The position numbers and the translations under genes are program-made. 47,837 nt of DNA from contig LWCA01000144.1 in the NCBI GenBank assembly GCA_001642005.1, forward strand, positions 1 through 47,837, given 5' to 3'. Of this stretch, positions 36,601-47,837 are shown piece by piece; the first letter of the stretch is position 1; every line of letters begins with the position of its first letter. The DNA is from Intoshia linei. Its lineage: Eukaryota; Animalia; Orthonectida. The notes beneath the pieces are model-generated. The model did not search any database, had not been told where the DNA came from, and saw only the letters and a list, made by a program, of their open reading frames with translations.

Positions 36601-39600
36601 CAAGTTTCTCCAACACAATAACTTGCAAAACAAAACGTTCATCGTGTTGTCTGTCGCTTAACGAGGTACCAATTTTATATATAAACTAGCTTGACTGTTA
36701 TGTACAATGTACAAACAGCACCTAGCTCTGCCGAAAGCATATTTTTATTATACCAAAAACTAATAATAATAATAAACTAAATGTTGAAAATCTAACTTAA
36801 AAATCCTACTATTAACTATTATCAATCCTTTACAAGTGTGGTTCCCAAATTTGTTTCAGGTGGAACCATCATATCACATTACTTTTTACTTTTAAGTGAA
36901 TTATTCCATCTTAAGTTTTTGTTTGTTAACTAAATTTTAATATAAAAATGATGTTAACAAAGTTGTTGTAGTTTTTTATTTAAATCGAAATATTTAAAAA
37001 ATATTGGTTGATAATGTATTAAAAATTATTTTTCACCGGGAATTCGTAGATTTCTGAGGTTGAAATTTTGTATTTATATCAACTGGAATAAGCTTTATCA
37101 GAATAATTTTTTTTTTAATTTTCGGATCGTTAATTATTTCACATTTTTCGTTTTAATAAAATATTGCGAAAAAAAATATATGAATACTAAAATGTTTTTT
37201 TGACTTTGAAGTCGTCACTTATTCGAATTGAAATTTTTTGAAATTTTAGGGCTGTTTTCATTAAAAAAAGAAGGGCAATTTGGGATTTTGGCCCTGAAGA
37301 TATAATTTTTTTAAATTTAAATTTATGATAGTGTTTATGATTTTAAAATTTGTATCAGCGTATATATTTTTTTAAATTCCCCAACGCGTTTGATTTTCAA
37401 AAAGAGGGACAACTGGGGTTTTTGACCAGTAAGATGTGTAATTGGGAGGTTGAAATTTATTTTAATATACATCCCAGAAAAAACTGTAATTGAAATGTGG
37501 TCTTTAAAAAATTCTAAGACAGGTAGTTATTTAAATACAGCGTAACACACAGACAGACACACACAAACAAAAATTGCGTAGCATATTATATACATGTAAG
37601 TTAAGATAGTATAACTTTATTATTTTACTTTAGTATTAATTTTAACTGACAACATTTTGCATCTTTTCTTTTTTTATTTATTAACATGTGAATATAATAT
37701 TGTAATTATCAGAATATTATTTACTGCGGGGGTTCGCAACCTTTTGCGTTTCATAAGCCACTTTTTTATCAAAGAATTCTAAGGAACCCGTTTTTGAAAG
37801 TAGACACATAGATAAATTTCAATTTTAACTTAAGAGAAACGGTTCTAGCATATTCAAAAAAATTATATTAGGCGATCTGAGACTTCAGAGTTAAAATGAG
37901 TCAATTATGGTAGAAAAGTGTTTAAAAATTGAAAAATGTAAAAATAAATAATATACATATTTACTGAAACGGCCCCCAAAATTATTTTCTGGGACATTGG
38001 TTGCCACTCCTGATTTAATGTAATTATTTTAACCGCACCATTTATAACTAACGTTAAAACACTATTAAAGCTAACAAAAACGTATTTAAATGTGTAAGTT
38101 ATACGAAATAGTATATTTACTTGTAACCAAAGATTGGAATTAATTGATAAAAATATCATAATAATTATTAAAAAACTGATCATGTGGGTATAATGAATAT
38201 ACTAGGATACTGTTTGTCCGAAGTACATTACAGTCAAGCTAGTAGGTTAAATATATCATCTTTCTGGTCAAAAATTCTAGAAAGCAAAAATTTATTTACA
38301 AGAACTTCTGATAAGGGTAATCAAATTTAAACAAACCCTAATAATTTAACATTAAGATTATATAATTGATGTTAAAAAAATGTTTGGATTTAAGTATATT
38401 CCTTTATTCTATATGTTAATTTAGTTATGCGAGCATAATATCAACAATTACAGTGAAATTATAAAAGATTCAATACTTTTAACTGGCAATAAATCTTTAA
38501 ATAGCATACATACTTTTATTTGTATACTTCGTTCCGCGAATATACCCACTAAAGATATTTACAATATAATTATAATGATTGATAACGAGTAAGATATTTT
38601 GATAAATATTATTGACATACTTTATTTACTTATGGTTATTTATTTATGTTAAATAATGTAAATTAATATCCAATTTTAGACCTAATACTGAATTTATTGA
38701 TACATTGTCTTATTTTAAAAATGTATACATTATACAAGGATCATATTTAAAGTAAAATTATATTTATAAAAATTATTAAATGTTCTTGATTATTCGATTT
38801 TTTGTATTCGAGATCGAATTGTAGAAATTTAATTTTTTAGTATGGAGCATTTATTGAAGGCTGGAATTGTAAAAACAAAAACATTGGTCATGTCAAATAG
38901 ATCAAATAAAGATGAATACCGTTCTAAAACTGTTTCAGATTTTTCAATTATACTTTTTTTACAGTCCCTATTGCAGTAATTCATTCTATTAATATTTTAA
39001 TATATCACATTATATAATTTTTATAATATACATATCAATTCATGTATCAACGTTACTACATAGTATACTTTAAAGAAAATTTCTGTTCTACGAAACCTTA
39101 AGGAAAAAATTCAGTTTTACCAAACCTTTATGGAAAATTCTCGTTTTATCAACCCTAATGCAGTTGAGGTTTTATCCTTTTAGGGTTGGTAAAACTGCAT
39201 TTTTCCCTTAAGGTTTCGTAGAACAGGAATTTTGCCTAAAGAGTTGGTAAAATTGTAATTTTCACTTAAGGGTTGATAAAACTGATTTTTTCTTTTAGTG
39301 GTTTGAAAAAGTGGATTTTTAGTATAAATGGTTGGATTTAAGAATATTGTCATCAATATTCACAGAGGTGACAAAATTTTAATTGATCAACAGTGGCGAT
39401 TTTTTAGATCTAATTTTTTTCATTTTCGATTCCGACACTGAGATCTGTTAAAAGTTAAAATGTAATCTGAAAACTAAAAAATATTTCCAGTATTTTCAAA
39501 GCGAGTTATATTTTGCCTACATCAGAAGATCTGGTGTAACGTCTTGCAAAATTGTGATATTGTCATTTTATAATCTCTGTTTTAGAGCATTTCCAAAATT

Positions 39601-41923
39601 GAACATTATATCAGAATTAAAAGTTGTCAGTAATGTGAGATTTATCGATTTTGATAAAGATTACAATTATAACCAAAACGTATCAAAATTTGAAAAGGTA
39701 ATTAATATTTATTGGATACAATTTCTTGAATTTCAACATATAGAAATCAATAAAACGAAACAATCCATTGACTCACAAATATAGACTGTCTTTTATGACT
39801 GGAAATGTTTTTAATTCTAGTATTCTGAATACACTGTTATTGCAGGTTTTGATTGTTAATATATTTATAATCATTACATTTATTTATTATTATTTGTAAA
39901 TAATACGCTGACTTTACCAAATTAAATAATATTATTTTTTTTATTAAGTTTTAATGAAATTTTAGAGTTTGTCACTTTCTTTTTTTCGTAGTTAAATATT
40001 TTTATATATTAAATATTGTTAATAATGTCAATAAACTACAAAACGAGGTTAACGTTGAATTTCCAATAATATTTTTAATTTTTAAAACCGCCTGGAATTA
40101 ACATTATTAAACGAAGTATACCTGTATTTAGATATATTTTATATTATAATATACAACAATAATATATAATATATACCTGTATAATACATATAACATGTAG
40201 TTAATATACTACTTGTATGTATATAAAATTATATTATATATTATTTTATACTAGTTTATATAAAATTTATCATAATTATAATCATATTAACTATGATGTT
40301 TAGACATTTGAGAAAAATTATTTGCTTCGATTAGTCAAGATGATGTTGGGAATAGAGCAATCATCAAATAGTGGGGTCATGTTAATTGTAAATTTAAAAT
40401 ATTTATTTAAAAATAATGTTGTAAGTGTGTTACCAACTGATGATTTGTCCATCAATTTCAAGTCTAATTTTCTAATAATCAACATACACTTTCAACAGCA
40501 TAACATTGCTATATTTCAGTTTATTATAAATTTTAGCAAAGTTTTATTAATGGAAAAACGCGAAAAAATGAATTTGATATTTGTGATTATGATTTATCAG
40601 ATTTTTTTATTCCAAATATATAAAATTAATGTCCACTGCCCTGTATTTTTTTGAAATTTTAGAATGTATATTTAAATTTTCATTTTAATTTTAAAAATTT
40701 AAAAAATATTGGCTATTAATACAGGTATATTAAAAGACATTTTTAAGAGAAGTTAAAATTTTTTCTTGATAAACTGGAATAAACTCTATCAGAAGAATCA
40801 TTTTTTTAAATTTTACGATTATTTTCATTTAAAAAAGGATAATATGGGTTTTTGCTTTTGAAACCCAAATTTCTGAGATTGCGTTTATTATTTTAGTATC
40901 CCAGAATTTATGTTTTTTAAAATTCTACGGCTGATCAATTTTTAACAAAAGAAAAATGGGTTTTGCCTCCCTGAAGCACCCAATTTCTGAAAATAAAACT
41001 TGCATAAAAATACAAATTTCGAAAAACTATAATAGAAATTGGGTTTTTTAAATTATAGGATGATTTATTTCTTCATTAAACTGTAACAAACTCACAGACA
41101 TTCATTTTTATATACATGTATTGTATGAAATTATTTCCAAATAAATTATGAAAAATAATGATTAAATGCTTTTTTCCTACTTTAAAAGCGTTACTTTGTA
41201 AAATTGATTTTTTGTATATGTTAACTGGAAAAACTGAATTAACTGTGATTGATTTTCAAATTCTAGAGTTTTCAGTTATCAAAAATGGGTAATTTATGGT
41301 TTTGACCTCGAAAATGTAAATTTAAAATAATAAAAAATTTAACGCTACCCTTAGTTTTGTAAAACTGTATTAACATTTATGTTTTTGAAATTTTTACTTT
41401 ATATAAGTAAAAATTAAAGTTTATTGAAAATATAGATGAATGTATCAAAATATGTGCCATATTTTAAATATTATGGTCCGTTATTTACTCATATGGTCAG
41501 AAATGAAAATACCACACCGTTTTGCATTTACAGAACATTCCGTTTAGACGAGGTAATTTAAGAAAATAACAAAGTAATAAAAATTAGATTCACCGTTCGA
41601 ATGCTTTCATAGAAAAAGTGAAATTAACCAAATATTTTGTTAAGAATAAAATGGACAATATGGATTATCTAAAAAAATTAAATATAACTTACGACGACTA
41701 TGATGACGGTAATGCAATTAGGCAGCATACACCGTATAAGACATGCTATTAATAAATAAAATGAATTTAAATGAAAATTTTAGACGAATATTCAGAATTT
41801 AAAAAAACTGTCAAAATCCCACTAATCAACCCATCATACAATTTTCCTTTGGAAATGAACGATCAAATGTATTTTATTAATCAAATCAGTGGGTATATTC
41901 AAATCACCCTCAGATACCCCTGA
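27685..41923 (+). CDS. slo-2: Slo2/KCNT-family potassium channel; over 25 exons, start codon unresolved
   Basis: Exons translate in order to LAILSCFLY (about 27850), WLNLIWISRPFWLWLTQ (28690), YIPTFMNCWI (30142), pore FTIVTMSTVGYGDISPDIWPSKMFV (30367-30550), WIEKQKSGGSYS...DFLIEFY (32377), YLQGSPL, DKETILHSWAIYDFSP (33714), VVCEEEF...LANNVLFPSMST, INPG, LLKAGI, FPKLNIISELKVVSNVRFI, YRLSFMTGNVF, LINPSYNFPLEMNDQMYFI then TGA 41921-41923. These are Slo2 rather than Slo1 signatures. Confidence 0.93.
31282..32325. mobile_element. hAT-type element with nested foldback array, in a slo-2 intron
   Basis: CAGGGGTTCCCAAA...TTTGGAAACCCCTG; 8-bp TSD ATCTAGAT/ATCTACAT. Confidence 0.85.
31343..32060. repeat. 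Foldback structure: inverted arrays of an approximately 31-bp unit
   Basis: CAGTTTTACCAACC...AAGGAAAAATT units at about 31360-31560 and their complements at about 31900-32030. Outer ends AAATCCAACCATTTTTACTAAAAAT / ATTTTTAGTAAAAATGGTTGGATTT. Confidence 0.8.
33265..33520. repeat. Minisatellite, about 7 degenerate units of about 36-38 bp
   Basis: Repeats of AAATTTTAAGGGGTTTTTAGAATTTTTTTTAAACC-like units, flanked by the direct repeat AATGTGTAAAA(T/C)TTTCATTTATATTTTA (about 33218 and 33544). Confidence 0.75.
36686..37606 (-). mobile_element. Helitron copy F, in a slo-2 intron
   Basis: A|CTAGCTTGACTGTTATGTAC hairpin end, ACAGACAGAC microsatellite and AAGTTAAGA|T 5' end. Confidence 0.8.
39069..39342. 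repeat. Foldback palindrome of the same 31-bp unit family
   Basis: CTGTTCTACGAAACCTTAAGG...CAGTTTTACCAA (about 39083-39123) pairs with TTGGTAAAACTG...CCTTAAGGTTTCGTAGAACAG (about 39186-39226). Ends ATGGTTGGATTTAAG, like the 31343-32060 array. Confidence 0.8.
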
Positions 41924-42579
41924 CGTAGATTCTAACATTTATAATTCAGTATTTATGATGTAATTACAATACAGTATTATTAAGATTATTAAAATTTGAA
42001 AACTACTGGGTATTTATTTTTTTGATTACACTACAGTTCAACATTAAAAATATTTCTGTATGGTGTACAAGTTGTATTCTATAATAAAAAACGCCTTTAA
42101 ACTTCACAAATAAATGTAATTTCGGTTAAGTTTAAATTTTCGTAATTTATTCATAAATACTGATTAATACAATTTAGATATATTTTAAAAGCTCCTCACA
42201 ATCGAAAATTAATTTAAATTTGTATAAAAATATTTTTCAATAAATCTTAAACATTACTAATGATACATACAATGTATAACGGTGGTTCTGAACTAATTTT
42301 TTCTCATTCCCCCTTGAGATATTATATTTTTTTCACGCACCCGTTATGTATCGAAATATATTAAAATTAAAACAGTATTTAACACCATGATTAATTCAAA
42401 GTACTAGTTTGAATAGAAGAGCACAACGTATATCGTCTTCAACATTTAATCTGCTTGTCAAAAATCATGATGTAAATATGCATTGTCTTTACCTATTTTG
42501 TATATAATATACTATGCAATATTTGTTTGTGTGTCTTACCGTTTAGTTCAATAACTACCAGTCTTAGAATTTAAAAATT

Positions 42580-43190
42580 TGAATCCAACAAGTAAATGAC
42601 ACTTAAACGAATTTCTCTTCTACAACTCCTTAAACATAAAACTTGGTATTCTACGCTGCCCAACTTTTTGCCATAAAAATGAAGAGATTACATTTCATCA
42701 CCCTTTAAATGCTCCGTTATCATATTCTCCATTTTTTACCTTCTGCAATGACTCTCCTCCATATACCTGATTCTGAAGAAGTAGGAATATCATATCCTTT
42801 CTTATTCAAAGATTTGCATACATTTTCTGTGAATATCTTTGAATGTATGACCAATTTAACAGTTCGTTAATTAATTCGTTAATAGTTCGGATCATTTAAA
42901 ATTACCTCATTATCATCATAGTTCAAATTTTCAAATGTTGAAATACGAGAAGAACAGATATTATCATGTTTATATTTAATTAACTTCGATGGATGTATCG
43001 GTTTAACATCAACTTTGGCAGTATTATAATCAACATGTTTATCAGTATTTAGTTGATTGTTGTAAAATATTATATCATTCATAACCATTCATATTTTTCT
43101 TAGTTATATAAAAACTATTTTCATTGTATTTACGAAATTTGCCTTGTTATTCTTCAAATACTTTTGATATACAAAAATTTGGTACAGGAC
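42580..43190 (-). pseudogene. Decayed DDE transposase fragment, possibly hATm-like
   Basis: With stops and frameshifts: DIIFYNNQ (ORF 42879-43088)...VCKSLNKKGYDIPTSSESGIWRRVI...SLHFYGKKLGSVEYQVLCLRSCRREIRL. Resembles an LH(F/W)DGK first-catalytic-Asp motif; family assignment is from memory only. Confidence 0.5.
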
Positions 43191-43391
43191 ATTTAAATTA
43201 GAAATAGTCATGTGTAGTGACGGTTCTACCTGAAACAAGTTTGGGAACCACTCTTTAAAGAATTAATAATAGTGAATAGTAGGATTTTTAAGTTAGATTT
43301 TCTACATAAATATATTTTATAAAAATAATCTACTTATCAAATGATTTAATTTAAAGTTATGTATATCAAAAATTAAACAAAAATTTCAAAT

Positions 43392-46300
43392 TTATATGAT
43401 TAATTTTTGTAAAACTTGTTCCAAATCCAACTTTTGACGTTCAATTATAGCTAATCGCTCTGAGCAAGATGATTTTTCCTGATTAAGTAGTATATTGTTT
43501 CCTTCCATATGAGACAATTTATTTTTTGTTAAATCAAGCTGTGATTCTGTGGCCAGTTTACTAAAAAAGAAATAAATGTATTCTATTATGCTTCACATAC
43601 AATTATAATTATATGGATCATTAATGGCATAGGTTCCCAAACTTTTTCTGCATGAACCACTTGTCAAATAAAAAAAAATGTACGTGGATCACATAATTTT
43701 TTAATAAATCACTTTAATCCTAAAAATGTCACTAAGGTAACACGTATATTTCTTTATAATATGATCCTCCTTAAATCGATCATGCTACATTAATTTTAAT
43801 GTCGTAGCTTCTATGGCAAATTAAAAAAATTATTCATTTCGAACATAATTATGGCGAACTACCAGTGGGGAACATACCGTATCTGATATCCTCTTCGGAG
43901 GGGTTTAAAATGTCAATTTACTAAATTGACCATTATAAAAATTCGTGAATAAAATTATTAATTTGTGTGTTAGATTTAAAATGTCAATTCAAGAAAAGCC
44001 TTACAGGGGTGGTTAGGGTTATATGGCACTATAAATCGTTTACTATATTTTCTTAAAGACCAATTTGTCATTTTAGGGTCCACGAGGTTGCTAGGTTCGG
44101 CTCTTGGAACTACTATCGAAACTAAGTTAAATCGTCAGATGGGTTAAATTTAATCTACGTGACAATTATTCACGTTATTGATTAAAAATTCACTTCATTT
44201 TAATACAGTGATGTTTACATTCACTAATTAGATATATACAATATAATAACAATAATAAACAATGTATGGTCGATAATGAATATTCTTAAATTAATTTTAC
44301 TGTAAAAAAGTAAATCTTCATTTTATTTAAATTTTTTTTGTGTGGACCATTAGAATTTCTTATGAACCACTGGTGGTCCATGTGGATCATATTGGGAACC
44401 AGATTACAATTTTTCAGATTAAAAAAATTATATTAATAAGAAAACACAAATCTTTAAATACAATCATCTCACAGATATTTTTAAAGACATCTGTGTGGAT
44501 TAAAAAATATTCGAGAACCCATTTCAGCCACACTGTACTAAAGCCAGTCTGACCAGAATGCAATTTAAACGCTTCAAAATGAAAAAACAATAAAACAACC
44601 AAAAATAATACAATAAGTATATTAATATTATTAATGCATTTATTTGCAATAATGAATAAAACCTTTCTTTATACATTTGCAAAATATCTTCGTATTTATC
44701 AATGTTCCTAATTGCAGTTTCTAGTTGGTTGGACTTTGTTGATAATTGCCCTTTTAAATTTAAAATTTGATTTTTAAATTTATTGACTTGTTCATAAGTT
44801 ATGCTGTATTTTGTACAATCATTGCGAGCTTGTTTTAGTTTTTTATTAATTTTTTTCTTGAGAAGAGTGTATTTTTCATTTTTTGTTTTCATTTTATTAA
44901 CGAGTTCAGACATTTCGATTTGTAGCCTCTCATTTTCTAATATTAAGGATTTTTTTTCATCAGTATAACATTTTTCATGCTAAAATAAAATTATATAAAT
45001 AATTTTCAACCATCTCCAATGATATACTCTGGAGATTGAAAATTAGCAATCTTAAACTAATAATTATACCAAAAAAACTACATTTATATAAAATTGTGAA
45101 ACAAAGATTACATCCAAAAAAAACCTAATCAAAGGTTTATAAGATGTATACCATCTACTAAATTAAAATGGTCAGCAAAACTACGTACTATCAATTTTAG
45201 TTTATTTAATGTTTAATGTAAAGCAAAAACTACTTATCTATGATATTATTTAATATTAAAAAAATAAAATGAAATTGACTCACCAATAAAATGTTATCTC
45301 TCGTTTCAAAGTAAACATTATATAATACAGATTTGCTAGTTTCAGCTTTGGCATTAATTTTTTGATTTTTTTGTGTCAAATTATCAATTTTTTTCTTGTA
45401 ATAACTTTGATTGTTTAAAAATAATTTAATTTCACTCCTATTTAAAATATATACATTATAAGATATATTTAATATGTAATTTTAAAAAGATAAAAAATAT
45501 CTGGTAAACATTAAATGTTACGTTTACATTAACATTTATATTAAATAATATATTCAAAATTTTTATAAATCAATATAAAAATAATCAATCATCAAAAAAA
45601 TGTTAGATATTGAAAAAGGGTGTCGGACTCAATTTGCTTGGCGAGCCAAATGTGAAAAAAAATTATTACGCGGCCCGCACATAAAAATCCCACTCAAAAA
45701 ATTATGTTAAAACTAACAATTTTAATTAATTTATAATAATTTTAATTCATAAAATGAAATATCTAACAATAACAATTTATATTATAACACGGGCCGCATA
45801 ATTGACACCCCTGATATTGAACAATGTTCTTTGATCAATGAGCATATAACAGTTGACGATCTAAAAGTGAACATTATGAAATGAGCCATTATTAAAACAT
45901 TTTTAATTTTCTATAGAAATTAAATTAATTTATTTTACAATCATTGTTAATAAATATAATAATATATACTAATAGAAAATGATAATATTGTTAATAAAAT
46001 CATTATTATCTAAAAAATTTTCACTGACGAGAATGTTGATTCCACAATGTCATTATACTTTTTATAAATGTTTTTTTTATAGTCAAAAGTTATATACCAT
46101 CAAATAACTTTAAAAATACAGTATTCTTTTCATAAATTCGCGGAAATTGAAAACTGTACGTATTTATAGAGTAAAAATTATAGAATCCTAATAAGTGGTA
46201 AATCTTTGACAAATTATAGAAATGATACTGTATTACATAGGTTCTTAATCTTTTCACATTTAACAATAATAACCCATAATAATCATAATAGTTGTAACCC

Positions 46301-46585
46301 GTATTGTAATGAAATATGATTTGGCACCTTATATCACTTAAAAAAATACCTGGAAAATGGTATATACAAAACATTTATTTGCGATCCAGATTAAGAACAC
46401 ACGTTGTAATATAATAGTAAAAAATACAAGTTTCTTCTGTATTCAAAGTTATCTTTCCTTTGACTTTCATAAATTTGTTTTATTTCCGAAAAAAATTCAT
46501 TTTTAAAACTGGTATTTTCAAATTGTTTTAATTTCATTAGATTTTCAGTCGTTAAAATAGAATTCTTTTCAATTACCGATTTGTA
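43392..46585 (-). CDS. Unidentified coiled-coil protein; spliced, 5' end unresolved
   Basis: Phase-compatible GT-AG exons 46585-46428, 45437-45284, 44979-44663, 43560-43392 (TAA) give a continuous K/E/Q/L-rich frame (LILENERLQIEMSELVNKMK...QLDLTKNKLSHMEG...IERQKLDLEQVLQKLII). Confidence 0.7.
43629..44403. mobile_element. hAT (Charlie-like) MITE with inserts
   Basis: CATAGGTTCCCAAACT start and GGTCCATGTGGATCATATTGGGAACCAG end; TSD not confidently seen. Confidence 0.55.
45615..45813. mobile_element. hAT MITE, shorter copy of 7597-7953
   Basis: Near-identical body; ends ATTGACACCCCTG; perfect 8-bp TSD ATATTGAA (45607-45614, 45814-45821). Confidence 0.85.
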
Positions 46586-46842
46586 CTGTAAATACACGGT
46601 TAAAATTTATTTTAATCAGTAGTTTCCATATTATGATACGAGCTATCATACTCAGCTGAAATATATTCCATTTCATCTAACAATTTATTTGACAAGTGAT
46701 CTAATTCAATTTATACTGAAACATCATAAAACATGAGAGTTCCATGCCCATATTTACAGGTCGGATTTATATTGTTTTCTTTTGACACATCATTTGACAC
46801 ACGTCACACAAATACTTTTGTATTATGTTTAATATAATTATA

Positions 46843-47837
46843 TCCTTACTTATATAATAGTCTTTTTTGTATGTAGATGTGTGTATTACACACTGTGTAA
46901 TCGTTTATTTCAATAATTACCATTTTTAGAATTTTATAAACTGTACATTTCTATTACAGTTTTTTTCAAGGGTGTTAGCAAAATAAATTTAAACCTTTCA
47001 AACTCACATCTTACGGGTAAAAAACCACAAATTACACTTTTTTTTAATGAAAACATCCCTATAATTTAACAAAAATACAGGTGGTACAGTTGTATCCTGT
47101 TAACATACACAAAAAATTTTAATTTGAATAAGTGACGTCTTCACAATTAAAAAAGAATTTTAGTATTCATATATTTTTTTTCTGAAATATTTTATTAAAA
47201 CAAAAAATATGAAATAGTTAACGGTCCGAAAATTTAAAAAAATGATTACTCTGATAGAGCTTATTTCATTTGATATAAATACAAAATTTCAACCCCAGAA
47301 ATCTATGCATCCCGTTAACAAATAATTTTTAATATATTATCAACCAATATTTTTCAAATATTTCGATTAAAATAAAAATGAAAAATGTAAATATTAATCC
47401 TACAATTTCAAAAAAAATGTGCATTAAACGTCTACACATTTCCAATATATATGAAAATTTATATAATTCATTCCTTCGCAATTTTTCAATCTCCAATTCT
47501 AATTTCCATTATATTTTGTTTAAAATTTAAATTAAAACTACCACAACAATTACTAAAAATAATACAATTTTGTTATTATCATTTTTATATTTATTAAAAT
47601 CCTTTCCAATATTGATAAAATTTGCCTAAATATGTTTATAAAGTGAAGATTCTGTTAATTATTGATATATAATTAGTATTTTTAAGTATATATTAAATTA
47701 GTACTGAGTACATCTCATCACATTAAAAATGACAAAATAGATTTTTGCAATTTTATTTTTCTGCAATTTATGCTATTTGTAACAATTTTTAGGATTGGAC
47801 TGTTTTTACTTTATTCTTAATATTATACACACATTCT
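46843..47837 (+). mobile_element. Helitron copy G, runs off the window end
   Basis: A|TCCTTACTTATATAATAG 5' end; body is the reverse complement of copies A, B and E. Confidence 0.8.

Noticed and set aside
27685-41923. Slo1/BK (KCNMA1) assignment
   Set aside because: No charged S4 or Asp-rich calcium bowl was seen; motifs such as QKSGGSYS and WAIYDFSP match Slo2.
19795-46374. ORFs 19795-19986, 22383-22640, 31420-31620, 33305-33499, 37905-38183, 44340-44552, 44414-44602 and 46090-46374
   Set aside because: They fall in introns, Helitron, MITE or tandem-repeat sequence; periodic peptides mirror the DNA repeat units.

Overview
AT-rich animal genomic DNA, not prokaryotic. Genes are split by GT-AG introns that are either minimal (about 37-40 nt) or inflated to 1-2.5 kb by stacked transposon relics. 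I reconstructed six spliced genes by hand: an SLC18B1-like MFS transporter (+, 5' exons unresolved), NAA30 (+), TAF13 (-, stop codon 25 bp from the NAA30 stop), a divergent Lhx3/4-type LIM-homeobox gene (-), a Slo2/KCNT potassium channel (+, over 25 exons) and an unidentified coiled-coil gene (-). The rest is a nested mobilome: a non-autonomous Helitron family (5'-TC...hairpin-CTAG-3', at least 8 copies or fragments), hAT MITEs with 8-bp TSDs, two pogo/Tigger relics with TA TSDs, a piggyBac pseudogene, foldback arrays and a minisatellite. The most unusual item is a 190-bp TG...CA element with a 5-bp TSD (solo-LTR-like) carrying tRNA-type Pol III A and B boxes at 14175-14364. Tiny introns, low GC and divergent bilaterian genes would fit a reduced parasitic invertebrate such as an orthonectid, but that is unverified inference. 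All homology calls are from motif recognition; no searches were run.
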